A stretch of 64,000 nucleotides of DNA from Porphyromonas sp. (GTDB lineage Bacteria; Bacteroidota; Bacteroidia; Bacteroidales; Porphyromonadaceae), in contig JBHACB010000093.1 in NCBI GenBank assembly GCA_041854325.1, positions 2,346-66,345 of the forward strand, written 5' to 3'. Each line of letters begins with the position of its first letter. Positions within the stretch are counted from its first letter, which is position 1. The position numbers and the translations under genes are program-made. Under the pieces are notes generated by a model that worked only from the letters and a program-made list of their open reading frames with translations, did not search any database and had not been told where the DNA came from. This document shows, piece after piece, positions 28,360 to 38,846 of this stretch.

Positions 28360-29374
28360 GGCTCCGATACGCTTTGCGGTCGTTGGTTGTGGGCATATAG
28401 GGCGTAGGCACTGTGCTCGAGTAGTGGAGGAGCCAAGGGCCTGCTTGGTAGCGCGATGCGATATTAGAGCGCCAGAGGAGGTACTCAGTGACGAGGAGCG
28501 TAGCGATGGTATCCCTTACTATCGGTCTGTCGAAGCCTTGCTGGCGTCGGGGATAGAATTTGATATAGCTTCTATCTGTGTGCCCAATGGCCTGCATGCC
28601 TCCCTCGCATATGCCCTCATGGAGGCAGGGCATCATGTGCTCATCGAGAAGCCTATCGTCCTAGAGGCTTCGCAAGGCGAAGCTCTGCGTGCACTAGCCA
28701 GCGCAGCAGGCGTGCGGATCTATAGCGTCCTACAGAACCGCTATACTCCTAGCTGGCAGTGGCTCAAGCGCATCGTGGACGGAGGCTCTCTAGGGAAGAT
28801 CTATCACGTGCAGATGCAGTGCCTGTGGAGCCGCGACAAGCGTTACTATACCCCCGATAGCTGGCATGGAGATGCCGTACTCGACGGAGGCACACTCTAC
28901 ACGCAGTATGCACACTTTGTCGATCTGCTCCTTTGGCTACTGGGAGAGATTGAAGTCATGGGTGCCACTTTTGCCAACTATGCTCATCAAGGGCTTATCG
29001 ACTTCGAAGACAGTGGATCGATACACTTTAGAGCCCAAGGAGGAACCGAAGGGCATCTATTCTACTCTACGGCTGTGCATCACGAGAACCTTGGTATTGC
29101 CCTAACACTACTTGCCGAGCATGGGACGATACGCCTCTCGGGGCCTTATCTCAATCGACTAGAGCATGCACTAGTGCGAGGCGAACGCCTTACCCTAGAG
29201 CCCGAGGTAACCTCAGCCAACGAGTACGGAAGCTATAGTGGATCGGCTCAAAACCACCATCGAGTGATCGCAGAGGTTGTGTCGGATCTCCTTAATCTGC
29301 CTGCTACTACGACGGGGCTTGATGAAGGGCTGGCCGTAACACGCCTCATCGAGGCGATATATCGCCTGCGTTAG
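28352..29374 (+). CDS. Gfo/Idh/MocA oxidoreductase, WbpB-like
   Basis: IRFAVVGCGHIGRRH Rossmann fold, EKP motif, SWHGD..DGG block. The start ATG overlaps the aminotransferase stop (ATGAGTAA). Confidence 0.75.
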   Translation: MSKAPIRFAVVGCGHIGRRHCARVVEEPRACLVARCDIRAPEEVLSDEERSDGIPYYRSVEALLASGIEFDIASICVPNGLHASLAYALMEAGHHVLIEKPIVLEASQGEALRALASAAGVRIYSVLQNRYTPSWQWLKRIVDGGSLGKIYHVQMQCLWSRDKRYYTPDSWHGDAVLDGGTLYTQYAHFVDLLLWLLGEIEVMGATFANYAHQGLIDFEDSGSIHFRAQGGTEGHLFYSTAVHHENLGIALTLLAEHGTIRLSGPYLNRLEHALVRGERLTLEPEVTSANEYGSYSGSAQNHHRVIAEVVSDLLNLPATTTGLDEGLAVTRLIEAIYRLR

Positions 29375-29973
29375 TCGAGGGATGTTACCTGTGTGCCATA
29401 GAGCCGAGCCAGACGCACTCTGAGGCTATCGGCTTCGTTGCCTCTGATGCTTAGCTCCAAGGCACAGCTCTCCCTAAAGTCCTGCATCAGCACACGGGCA
29501 CCACTATCCTTGACGATGCGCATTACCTCGCCCATTAGCTCATAGCCAAAGGCTACTCTGACCTTCTCTTCTATGATACACATACGCCTAGTAGAGGTCT
29601 CGAGAGCCGCTATAGTCGCCTCTCGATAGGCCTCAATGAGCCCCGAAGTCCCTAGCTTGACACCTCCAAAGTAACGTACTACTAGCACGATAATATTAGT
29701 TAGATCGGCCGATATGAGCTGGCCTAGGATAGGCTTGCCAGCAGTGCCAGAGGGTTCGCCGTCGTCGTTGGATCGATAGCGATCGCCCCTAGGGCCTAGC
29801 CGATAAGCCCAGCAAACGTGGCGAGCATCGTAGTAGCGTTGCCTCAAGCGTGCTACTTGAGAGAGGGCTTCATCTTCGCTCTCTATGGGGATCGCATAGG
29901 CGATGAACTTACTTCTCTGCTGTGTGTACAGCCCCTCGGCCTCGGCTTCGATGGTGTAGTAGGTGTCGCTCAT
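29371..29973 (-). CDS. yigZ: YigZ/IMPACT family protein
   Basis: SKFIAYA, CWAYR and DDGEPSGTAGKPIL motifs. Start placed at ATG 29973. Confidence 0.8.
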   Translation of the reverse strand: MSDTYYTIEAEAEGLYTQQRSKFIAYAIPIESEDEALSQVARLRQRYYDARHVCWAYRLGPRGDRYRSNDDGEPSGTAGKPILGQLISADLTNIIVLVVRYFGGVKLGTSGLIEAYREATIAALETSTRRMCIIEEKVRVAFGYELMGEVMRIVKDSGARVLMQDFRESCALELSIRGNEADSLRVRLARLYGTQVTSLD

Positions 29974-29981
29974 GGGTGTCT

Positions 29982-30545
29982 CTAGCGGTGAGGTGTTAGT
30001 CGTCCCTCTATAAGGCGGTAAGCCTCGCCTGTCTCGGGACAATAGGCATAGCCCTCGGGGCTCAGCTCTAGTCTATGCCCTAGCCGACTGACCCATCCGT
30101 GCTGGCGAGCAGGCGTGCCGTAGACGAGAGCATAGTCGGGGACATCGTGTGTTACCACAGCCCCTGCACCTACTAGGGCATAGCACCCTATCGATATGCC
30201 ACAGACTATGGTAGCATTGGCTCCGATACTTGCACCGCGCCCTACATGGGTGGGCAAATACTGATGCTTGCGACTGACGAACGCTCGTGGATTGAGGACA
30301 TTGGTAAAGACACAGCAGGGGCCAAGGAAAACCTCCTCATCGCAGACTACCCCCGTGTAGAGCGAGACGTAGTTTTGTACTCTGCAGCCACGTCCTAGGC
30401 GAGCCCCTGGCATCATCACTACCCCCTGCCCCAAGCTACACCCTGCCCCTACTACGGCTCCGCCTAGGATATGGCAGAAATGCCAAATGGTAGCAGACTC
30501 TGCTACCATTGCACCTGGCTCTATGATCGCGCTAGGGTGTATCAT
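29982..30545 (-). CDS. Left-handed beta-helix N-acetyltransferase, WbpD-like
   Basis: IHPSAII..., hexapeptide repeats, VFTNVLNPRAF and ALVYGTPARQHGWVS, collinear with WbpD as recalled. Confidence 0.8.
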   Translation of the reverse strand: MIHPSAIIEPGAMVAESATIWHFCHILGGAVVGAGCSLGQGVVMMPGARLGRGCRVQNYVSLYTGVVCDEEVFLGPCCVFTNVLNPRAFVSRKHQYLPTHVGRGASIGANATIVCGISIGCYALVGAGAVVTHDVPDYALVYGTPARQHGWVSRLGHRLELSPEGYAYCPETGEAYRLIEGRLTPHR

Positions 30546-30562
30546 CGTGCTAGGGGGGGATC

Positions 30563-31942
30563 TTAGACAGCCTTGAGTATCTGTTGCTCTAGCTGTTGCA
30601 TACTTCGGCGAAACGCCTCATCGATACTCATCCGATCCTCGATAGCCCGCACACCATGCATCACCGTGGTATGGTTCTTGCGCCCTAGGCGAGCAGCGAT
30701 CGCCCCTAGGGAGTGCTCGGTATGCTTCTTGGTCAGGTACATCACGATCTGCCTAGGGAGCACCACATCGGCACGGCGCGTTGACGAACGTAGCTGGCTG
30801 ACATCAATGTTGTACTCGCGTGCCACGACCTGCTGAATGCTCTCCATGCTCACCTCTCGGCGGTCGAGGCTGATAGACTGGCTCATCACCGTACGAGCGA
30901 AGTGCACGTCTATAGGGCGTTGCTGTAGCTGAGAGTAGGTTAGTAGAGTCTTGACTGTGCCGTCGAGCTCACGGACATTGTTCTGCGCATTCTCGGCAAT
31001 AAACTCCATAACTTCCTCACCGAGCTGTACTCCACTCTCAGCGACCTTGCTACGCAGTATCTTGCGGCGTAGCTCTAGGTCGGGACGCTCTAGGGGTACC
31101 ATCAGCGAGCTTTGGAGGCGTGTGATCAGGCGCTCCTCCATGCCCTCGAAGAGGATAGGGGGAATGTCGCTTGTGAGTACGATCTGCTTGTTGAGCAAGT
31201 AGAGCTGATTGAAGATTTCGAAAAACGCCTGCTGTGTCTTGGTCTTGCCGATCAGTCCCTGAATGTCGTCAATGATGAGCAGATCCATCTGCTGATAAAA
31301 CGAGATGAACGCATTGCGATCCTTGTGTGAGTCGTGTATGTATTGGGCCTCAAATTTGGCACTCGATACATAGCACACACGTAGGTCGGGATGTAGCTCC
31401 AGTGCACGCTGCCCGATAGCCTGCACGAGGTGTGTCTTGCCTACTCCACTAGGGCCGTGGATGAAGAGCAGGTTGGTGGGCGACTGCCCTGGACGTATGG
31501 CCACACTCTCACCGATGGAGCGTGCCACGCGGTTGCAGTCGCTCTCGTAGAATGTCTCGAAGCGCAGGGCGTCGTTGAGCGTGCTGACATAGCTCTCGAC
31601 ACGTGTCTTGGGCGTGTCGGTATCTTTGCCTGCCACAGCCTCTGCGGGGGATGGGGTAGGAAGCTCAAGGAATTCGAAGAGGAGCACCGTGTTCTGGTCC
31701 ATGTAGTATTGTATCACGAGATTGAACTCGCGAGTGAACTTCTCCTCCAAATACATGGCAAACTGCTCTGAGGGGACACGAAGCGTAAGCTCGTTGCTTA
31801 CATAGCCTCGTGGCTCGATCGGGTCAATCCAGTTCTTAACGCTCACTGGGTCGAGGAGCTTGATCAGTAGCGAACGACACTGACCCCAAACCTCTCGGGC
31901 TTTGGCCACATCGCTCTGGGCAAAAACTGTAGTGTCGGGCAT
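30563..31942 (-). CDS. dnaA: Chromosomal replication initiator protein
   Basis: Walker A GPSGVGKTHL, LLIDDIQ, and the C-terminal DNA-binding helix (RKNHTTVMHGVRAIE). Start placed at ATG 31942. Confidence 0.95.
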   Translation of the reverse strand: MPDTTVFAQSDVAKAREVWGQCRSLLIKLLDPVSVKNWIDPIEPRGYVSNELTLRVPSEQFAMYLEEKFTREFNLVIQYYMDQNTVLLFEFLELPTPSPAEAVAGKDTDTPKTRVESYVSTLNDALRFETFYESDCNRVARSIGESVAIRPGQSPTNLLFIHGPSGVGKTHLVQAIGQRALELHPDLRVCYVSSAKFEAQYIHDSHKDRNAFISFYQQMDLLIIDDIQGLIGKTKTQQAFFEIFNQLYLLNKQIVLTSDIPPILFEGMEERLITRLQSSLMVPLERPDLELRRKILRSKVAESGVQLGEEVMEFIAENAQNNVRELDGTVKTLLTYSQLQQRPIDVHFARTVMSQSISLDRREVSMESIQQVVAREYNIDVSQLRSSTRRADVVLPRQIVMYLTKKHTEHSLGAIAARLGRKNHTTVMHGVRAIEDRMSIDEAFRRSMQQLEQQILKAV

Positions 31943-32040
31943 AACTACGGTAGACAAGACATATACAAAGTTTCTAAAAAAGTAGGGAGGCAACCTGTGC
32001 CTTGGGGCTTCTTTCCCACAATGCAAAGTTGGGTAATTCT

Positions 32041-32230
32041 TTCGGGAAAAAAAAACGTTCCGAGGCTTGTTTTTTTCGATGAAATCGTATTGTTATTGAT
32101 TTCAGCGAATTAGATATGCACATCGCTAGATGTCTTTTTATTTGGTTAGATTAAAGGGACTTAACAGTCTATGTTCGGCTTATCGACCGAGTTATACACA
32201 TTGCTCTAGACGACTAATATTCCCCATTTG
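32041..32230. other. AT-rich segment with weak DnaA-box-like 9-mers upstream of dnaA (oriC candidate)
   Basis: A/T runs, TTATACACA (32192-32200; 1 mismatch to TTATCCACA) and TTATCGACC (32180-32188; 2 mismatches). Confidence 0.25.
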
Positions 32231-32388
32231 AGAACCTTAGCTAATGGGGCAAATAATCTTTGCACAACGGCCACTATGTGGCCTCGCTCGCAGGGCTCCC
32301 CAGCTTCGCCATATTCTTCCGTCATTGTGTGGCCTCAACGCCCCAATAGCGAGGCTTGGCCTTGGGCCTCGATACCTCGCCTTGATCT

Positions 32389-32466
32389 CCTAGGGCGAAC
32401 GAGGTGTATCCCCTAGGGTGAACACCCCGTTCACCCTAGGGGAGTAGTGAAGACACCCTAGGGTAA
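32389..32466. repeat. CCTAGGGTGAACG-family repeat, copy D
   Basis: CCTAGGGCGAACGAGGTGTATCCCCTAGGGTGAACACCCCGTTCACCCTAGGGG ... CACCCTAGGGTAA. Confidence 0.85.
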
Positions 32467-32523
32467 TCTTGTGGAGCTACGTCCTCTGTAGAGAGAAGGC
32501 GAGGCTCCTCGCTCACAAGAGAA

Positions 32524-32556
32524 GAGGCTACACCATCGTAGCGATGATGTAGCCTC
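32524..32556 (-). terminator. Hairpin about 20 nt downstream of the secA stop
   Basis: GAGGCTACA/TGTAGCCTC plus an inner CATCG/CGATG helix. Confidence 0.5.
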
Positions 32557-32576
32557 GTGATCGGAGAGAGAGGAGC

Positions 32577-35500
32577 TTATAGGTTGCGCCCGTGGCACTG
32601 CTTGAACTTGCGCCCACTACCACAGGGGCAGGGCTCATTGCGCCCTACTTTGAGGTCCGAGCGTACAGGCTGTCGGGTAGCCTCGCTAGCACTCTCGCTA
32701 CGGCTCTCATGATAGACTGGTCGGGTAGGGCGTGGAGCTGGAGCTGGCTGTGCAGGGGCAGGCATCTCACTAGGGTCGGGAGCATTGATGTGTACACGCA
32801 TCAGTACGGCTACGGTCTTGCGGTTCATCTCATTGAGCATCGAGCGGAAGAGTTCGTAGCTCTCTAGCTTGTAGATGAGGAGTGGATCCTTGTTTTCGTA
32901 GCTAGCATTCTGCACAGAGTGGCGTAGCTCATCCATTTCGCGCAGATGTTCCTTCCAAGCCTCATCGATGTGGTGCAGTACGAGCACCTTCATAAAGTCC
33001 TTGATGATGCTCTTGCCTTGGCTTTCGGCAGCTTCCTTGAGGTTGCAACGTATTTGGTAACCCATGCGTCCATCGGTGAGAGGGATGGCGATGTGGTCAA
33101 AGCGATCGCTAGCCTCGGCATACACCTGCTGTAGCACAGGGTTGGCCTTCTCTGCGATGGCACGTGAGCGACGATCGAAGACCTCGATAGCGGTGTCGTA
33201 GAGGCTGTCGGTAAGCTTGTCTATCTTGCCACTATGGAAGGTCGCCTCATCGAAAGGCGACTCGATAGCCATGGTGCGCATCAAGTCAATGCAGAAACCA
33301 GAGTAATCGCCAGCAGGATGATGTGCCGCGAGCAGGGCTTGCCCCGCATCGTAGATCGTATTCATCACGTCCATCTCGATGCGCTCACCCATTAGGGCAT
33401 GGCGCCGACGGCCGTAGATCACTTCACGCTGTGAGTTCATTACGTCGTCGTACTCAAGTAGGCGCTTGCGGATACCGAAGTTATTTTCCTCGACCTTCTT
33501 CTGTGCACGCTCTACAGCACTGGTCAGCATCTTGGCCTCGAGCATCTCCCCCTCTTGCAGACCAAGTTTGTCCATCATGCTGGCTAGGCGATCGGAGCCG
33601 AAGAGACGCATCAAATGGTCCTCGAGCGACACATAGAATACGGAGCTACCAGGGTCGCCCTGACGCCCCGATCGACCACGGAGCTGGCGGTCTACACGAC
33701 GTGATTCGTGGCGTTCGGTACCTATGATTGCTAGTCCACCAGCAGCCTTCACTTCGGGTGTTAGCTTGATGTCGGTACCACGGCCAGCCATATTGGTAGC
33801 TATCGTAACGACACCAGCACGGCCAGCCTCGGCTACGATCTCAGCCTCCTTTTGGTGTAGCTTGGCATTGAGGACATTGTGCTGGATGCCACGTAGCTTG
33901 AGCATGCGGCTTAGGAGCTCAGAGATCTCTACCGAGGTAGTCCCCACGAGGACGGGGCGACCCTCGCCTACGAGGCGTACTATCTCCTCGATCACTGCAT
34001 TGTACTTCTCACGTACGGTCTTGTATATACGGTCGTTGAGGTCGTGTCGGGCGATAGGTCGATTGGTTGGGATCACTACCACGTCGAGCTTGTAGATATC
34101 CCAGAGCTCGCCTGCCTCGGTCTCGGCCGTACCAGTCATCCCTGCGAGCTTGTGGTACATGCGGAAGTAGTTCTGGAGCGTAATGGTCGCGAAGGTCTGG
34201 GTGGCAGCCTCTACGGTAACACGCTCCTTGGCCTCGATAGCCTGATGTAGCCCATCGGAATAGCGACGCCCGTCCATGATACGCCCTGTCTGCTCGTCTA
34301 CGATCATCACCTTGCCGTCCATGACTACGTACTGATCGTTTTTCTCAAAGAGCGAATAGGCCTTGAGGAGCTGATTGACGGTGTGTACACGCTCGCTCTT
34401 GATAGAGTATTCGGTGAGCAAGGCTTCCTTGCGCTCAGCTAGAGCCTCTGTGCTGAGCCCTGCACCCTCGAGCTCGGATAGCTGTGCTGCGATGTCGGGC
34501 AGGATGAAGAATTGGCTATCGTCCGTACCTCGGGTCAGTAGGTCGATCCCCTTGTCAGTGAGGTCTACGCTGTTTTGCTTCTCATCGATGACGAAGAATA
34601 GCTCGTCGGTAACGATGTGCATCTGGCGCATGTTGTCTTGGATATAGAACTCCTCCGTCTTGAGCATACCTGTCTTGATCCCAGGTTCGCTCAGGTACTT
34701 GATCAGAGGCTTGCTCTTGGGCATTCCCTTGAATGCACGATAGAGGAGTAGGTAGCCCTCTTCTTGCTCTTTCTTGTCGACGCTCTCGATCTTCTTCTTG
34801 GCATCGATGAGTAGCTGCTGGCAGAGGCGCTTCTGTGCCTCTACGACGTGCTCCACATTGGGCAAGAACTGCTCGAAGAGCTGTTGGTCGCCTCGTGCTA
34901 CAGGGCCAGAGATGATGAGGGGAGTACGAGCATCATCGATCAGTACCGAGTCTACCTCGTCGACGATAGCGTAGTTGTGCTTGCGCTGTACGAGGTCTTC
35001 GGGGCTAGTGGCCATATTGTCGCGCAGATAATCGAAACCGAACTCGTTGTTGGTACCGAAGGTAATGTCGGCATTGTAGGCTGCTCTGCGCTCGGGGGTG
35101 TTGGGGCGGTGCTTGTCGATGCAGTCTACCGTGAGGCCGTGGAACATGTACAGAGGCCCCATCCACTCGCTATCTCGCTTGGAGAGATAGTCATTGACCG
35201 TAACGACATGCACGCCATTGCCTGTAAGGGCATTGAGGAATACGGGTAGCGTGGCCACGAGCGTCTTACCCTCACCCGTCGCCATCTCGGCTATCTTGCC
35301 CTTGTGGAGCACTGTACCCCCGATGAGCTGTACATCGTAGTGGATCATATCCCAAGCTTGCTCGTTGCCCCCAGCCAGCCAATGATTGCGATATACGGCT
35401 GTGTCGCCATCGATAGAGACGAAGTCCTTGGTAACGGCTAGGTCGCGGTCGAGCTGTGTAGCCCGTACACGTATCTCACTATTCTGTGCAAAGCGACGTG

Positions 35501-35852
35501 CGGTATCCTTGATGATAGCGAATGCCTGAGGGAGGATCTCGTCAAGCACCTCCTCCATCTTGTCGAGCACGGCCTTCTCGCGCTTGTCTACTTCGCGCCA
35601 GATAGCTTCGCGCTCATCGAGGTCCTTGCCCTCGATAGAGGCACGCAGAGCCTCTATCTCGCGCTTGTCCTCAGCGACATAGTCCTGGATGCGTTTGCGT
35701 AGCTCTGCCGTGCGCTCACGTATCTCGTCATCGCTTAGTGTCTGTATCTCCTCATACACAGCCTTGACCTTGTCTACCCAAGGGGTAATCTCCTTGAGGT
35801 CTCGCTGTGACTTGTTGCCAAATATCTTGGACAGAAAATCTAAAAATCCCAT
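32577..35852 (-). CDS. secA: Preprotein translocase ATPase
   Basis: [12 protein letters not shown] start, DEAD-like motor motifs ([25 protein letters not shown]) and the C-terminal Zn finger [14 protein letters not shown]. Confidence 0.95.
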   Translation of the reverse strand: MGFLDFLSKIFGNKSQRDLKEITPWVDKVKAVYEEIQTLSDDEIRERTAELRKRIQDYVAEDKREIEALRASIEGKDLDEREAIWREVDKREKAVLDKMEEVLDEILPQAFAIIKDTARRFAQNSEIRVRATQLDRDLAVTKDFVSIDGDTAVYRNHWLAGGNEQAWDMIHYDVQLIGGTVLHKGKIAEMATGEGKTLVATLPVFLNALTGNGVHVVTVNDYLSKRDSEWMGPLYMFHGLTVDCIDKHRPNTPERRAAYNADITFGTNNEFGFDYLRDNMATSPEDLVQRKHNYAIVDEVDSVLIDDARTPLIISGPVARGDQQLFEQFLPNVEHVVEAQKRLCQQLLIDAKKKIESVDKKEQEEGYLLLYRAFKGMPKSKPLIKYLSEPGIKTGMLKTEEFYIQDNMRQMHIVTDELFFVIDEKQNSVDLTDKGIDLLTRGTDDSQFFILPDIAAQLSELEGAGLSTEALAERKEALLTEYSIKSERVHTVNQLLKAYSLFEKNDQYVVMDGKVMIVDEQTGRIMDGRRYSDGLHQAIEAKERVTVEAATQTFATITLQNYFRMYHKLAGMTGTAETEAGELWDIYKLDVVVIPTNRPIARHDLNDRIYKTVREKYNAVIEEIVRLVGEGRPVLVGTTSVEISELLSRMLKLRGIQHNVLNAKLHQKEAEIVAEAGRAGVVTIATNMAGRGTDIKLTPEVKAAGGLAIIGTERHESRRVDRQLRGRSGRQGDPGSSVFYVSLEDHLMRLFGSDRLASMMDKLGLQEGEMLEAKMLTSAVERAQKKVEENNFGIRKRLLEYDDVMNSQREVIYGRRRHALMGERIEMDVMNTIYDAGQALLAAHHPAGDYSGFCIDLMRTMAIESPFDEATFHSGKIDKLTDSLYDTAIEVFDRRSRAIAEKANPVLQQVYAEASDRFDHIAIPLTDGRMGYQIRCNLKEAAESQGKSIIKDFMKVLVLHHIDEAWKEHLREMDELRHSVQNASYENKDPLLIYKLESYELFRSMLNEMNRKTVAVLMRVHINAPDPSEMPAPAQPAPAPRPTRPVYHESRSESASEATRQPVRSDLKVGRNEPCPCGSGRKFKQCHGRNL

Positions 35853-35953
35853 ATGTTGATTGTATTCATTTGCTAAATGATAGGTAGGGGAGATCTCCCC
35901 AGCCCTCTGTGAGGGGCGATCGTATGATCGGAGAGGCTGGCTCTCCGTGTGGC

Positions 35954-37516
35954 TCATCGCGCGGCGTTGGGTGGGCGAATGCGTAGTACCGAGCAGATGA
36001 CACGCACGAGATCTCTAGCCTCGGTGGGGACAAATGCTAGCTTGCGGAGCTCTACCCCCCTGCCCATGATGATGAATGGAGAGGGTATCGCTGTAGAGAT
36101 ATGCTGTAGGCGTGGGTGCTTGGAAGCCTCCTCCACGCTCCAGCCAGGAAGGAGAGTCCAGTAGACATCGGCTTCGTACCGGCTGTGTATCGACTGCGCT
36201 AGGCGTATTGCCTCCTCGCTCGATAGGCCACGATGTAGGGCTAGGGCAGAGTAAGCCTCACCGACACCATCGGCAGCCTTCAGGAAATCGGCCACCTCGC
36301 TCTGTAGATCAGCGATGCGTAGCTTCTTGTTCTCGATGAGCTTGTGGTTGAGGTATAGGCGTCCGTTGCTATTGGCCTCTATCCAGTCGCCTGCGCCGTA
36401 GGCGGCTGTCAGGTACATGTTGGTCAGGGCCGATAGGCGTTCTACCGATAGGCTCTGCTTGGGAGCTTCTCCAGTGCGAGCCATCTTGGCATAGGGCTTG
36501 TAGGTCGTGTAGCCTGTTCCTGAGAGGCTAATGAGGCAGTTGTCGAGCCCTATCTTTTTGTCCAGCGTCGTTAGGAGGCGTGCTAGCTGCTCGTCGAGCC
36601 TCACATAGGTATCTATGTCCTCGGCACTCAGCTCCTCGGAAGTCTGTGGCGCGGTAGTGTAGGTGAGGGAGAGTAGTCCTGGGGCTTTGCGGTGCTCGTA
36701 GCCTGCATGCTCGATGAGCTGTATGGCGAATGTCGTTATCTCTTCATTGACCAAGGCCCCCTGCTTGAAGCGTGGAGCATCTGCCCCCTGATAGCGATAG
36801 CCGAAAGCCTTACTACGAGTAGAGAAGCTCACCTGTGGTGTGCTGTACGAGCGCAGAGGCTTCCATAGCATCGAGCCCGATAGGAGACGTTTGTTGGGGC
36901 CCTCACTCGATCTATTGTACTGCTCTAGAGGGGCAGGCATCTGAGGGTAGTAGCTCGTCGTACACCATGAGCCGATGGCATTGTCGATCCAGTAGGCACC
37001 ATCGGCTAGGGTGCCGGCCGATACGAGTGCTTGCTCAGCATCGGGTGCTACGCTATAGACGAGGGCGGTGCCATTAGACGCCTCTTTGAAGCGATCGCCT
37101 AGCGTCCCTACGAGCAGAGCATTGGGCGAGAGGGCATCGCGGGTATAGTTGCCTCGATAGGCCTCGTCCCAGAAGATAGGCTGCGAGCGTTGCTGACCAC
37201 GCAGATACACTGTGGGGGCCTCTATGCCGTGGACATTGGGGTAGGTGCCAGTGAAGATGGAGGCAACGGCCGAGGCCGCATTGATCTGATAGAGAGGGAA
37301 GCGCACATCGCGCGTATAGTGCCCTCTATCGAGCATGAGCTTGATGCCCTGGCTACCCAGCATGGGTTGTAGCTCCTCTAGGTAGTCGCTACGTAGCTGA
37401 TCGACGGTGATACACACCACGAGGCGTGGCAGCTGCGAGGTCTCCGCCTGCACTTGCCACGCCACTAGGGCCACCAATGAGGATAGTAATACTCTTCTAA
37501 ATCTACGATGCTCCAT
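35954..37516 (-). CDS. Alkaline-phosphatase-superfamily (nucleotide pyrophosphatase/phosphodiesterase-like) secreted protein
   Basis: Signal peptide, [10 protein letters not shown] metal-site-like motif and [12 protein letters not shown]. Its 5' end overlaps the DUF4105 gene by 14 nt. Confidence 0.55.
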   Translation of the reverse strand: MEHRRFRRVLLSSLVALVAWQVQAETSQLPRLVVCITVDQLRSDYLEELQPMLGSQGIKLMLDRGHYTRDVRFPLYQINAASAVASIFTGTYPNVHGIEAPTVYLRGQQRSQPIFWDEAYRGNYTRDALSPNALLVGTLGDRFKEASNGTALVYSVAPDAEQALVSAGTLADGAYWIDNAIGSWCTTSYYPQMPAPLEQYNRSSEGPNKRLLSGSMLWKPLRSYSTPQVSFSTRSKAFGYRYQGADAPRFKQGALVNEEITTFAIQLIEHAGYEHRKAPGLLSLTYTTAPQTSEELSAEDIDTYVRLDEQLARLLTTLDKKIGLDNCLISLSGTGYTTYKPYAKMARTGEAPKQSLSVERLSALTNMYLTAAYGAGDWIEANSNGRLYLNHKLIENKKLRIADLQSEVADFLKAADGVGEAYSALALHRGLSSEEAIRLAQSIHSRYEADVYWTLLPGWSVEEASKHPRLQHISTAIPSPFIIMGRGVELRKLAFVPTEARDLVRVICSVLRIRPPNAAR

Positions 37517-38846
37517 TTGTCGATGTCTCTCTCCTCTTGCCGAGTGTAGAGCGATGCTCCAGTATATAGGCTAGCGATAGTACCGCCAGCGTGGCTGAGG
37601 CGAGGTGTACTGCTACGTTGAAGTGCTGAGGCAAGAAGTGTGCCACGACCAAAAACGCGCATTGCGCTACAAAGTTAGCAAAATGATAGATATATCCCAG
37701 CCTCCATCGACCTCCCAAAGCCATTAGAGGTAGAGCTAGTAGGTGGAGTGGGTGTATGACCCAGAGGTTGTAGTTGGGCCAGCGGTGGGCATGCTCCGAT
37801 AGCCCTGCGATGTAGAAGAGGATGCAGCCAGCCAGCCCTGTAGCTAGGAGCATGCTGTAGTGGAAGGCATGACAATATGTCCCCTTACGATAGGCTCTAT
37901 ACAGGCTCAGGAGAGCGAGCGTGAGCAGTAGGGTGAAGATGGTCGTTGGATGCCACAGGTAGCTCCATATAGCCCGAGCAGGTGGGGCCGAGGGGACACC
38001 ATAGTGATTGATCTTTAGCACAGCCCTATCGCGCGATATGAGTAGGCTATCGGGGCTAATGGCATCGTAGGTAGATATACTACTCTGCATGAGCAGGCCG
38101 ATAAGTTCGTTGGGAAGAAAGGCTCTATCGCTCGTAGACATCACAGCATCGGTCTCAGCACCTAGGCCAAGGTCGGTGCCTAGCACGAGCCACGGATACC
38201 CTCCCTCTAGGCGGTTGATAGCACTGCGCCAGGTCTGGAGCGAGTCAGCTCCCATAGGTAGCTCTAGCTCCAGCCTACAGTAGGTGTCGCTTGGCTTGGT
38301 CGAGGTGTGATGAGGTAGGGTGTTGGCTATGGAGCCAGCGAAGATCGCTAGGGGACGTGTGGCGCAGTTGTCGTAGAAGAAGCTATAGCGGTAGGTGCGG
38401 TTCTCGGGGCGGATATTCCAGAGTAGATAACTCCATGCACGGGCCTGCTCCAGCTCGTTCATATTGAGAACGAGCTCAGTAACTTGGCTACCACGCCCGA
38501 GATACTCCTCCATGTAGCTCATCGTATGCATGGGGGCTACGACATAGTCTGTCTGCCCCTTGACGAAGCGTGCAAGGAACTCCAAGTCGCTATCACCAAA
38601 GTCGAAGATGCCGTAGTTGAACGTGATGTCTATACCTGCCGCCTGATCCTGTACTCTAAAGCCTGCATGCCCATACAGTGTGTACACCTCTGTAGGGCTA
38701 GGCTCTGCTACTAGGATGCTCATGACGGCACCTGAGCTGAGGGTGTCGGGCAGGGTATTTCTTTGGGCTACCAGCTGGTGTGGTAGGAGTACTAAGAGGA
38801 CGAGCCCTAGGAGGCAGACGAACTTATGTATGAGGTTGCTATTCAT
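37503..38846 (-). CDS. DUF4105-domain membrane protein
   Basis: N-terminal periplasmic domain (YTLYGHAGFRV...TFNYGIFDF) followed by a multi-helix hydrophobic C-terminal half. Confidence 0.6.
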   Translation of the reverse strand: MNSNLIHKFVCLLGLVLLVLLPHQLVAQRNTLPDTLSSGAVMSILVAEPSPTEVYTLYGHAGFRVQDQAAGIDITFNYGIFDFGDSDLEFLARFVKGQTDYVVAPMHTMSYMEEYLGRGSQVTELVLNMNELEQARAWSYLLWNIRPENRTYRYSFFYDNCATRPLAIFAGSIANTLPHHTSTKPSDTYCRLELELPMGADSLQTWRSAINRLEGGYPWLVLGTDLGLGAETDAVMSTSDRAFLPNELIGLLMQSSISTYDAISPDSLLISRDRAVLKINHYGVPSAPPARAIWSYLWHPTTIFTLLLTLALLSLYRAYRKGTYCHAFHYSMLLATGLAGCILFYIAGLSEHAHRWPNYNLWVIHPLHLLALPLMALGGRWRLGYIYHFANFVAQCAFLVVAHFLPQHFNVAVHLASATLAVLSLAYILEHRSTLGKRRETSTNGAS

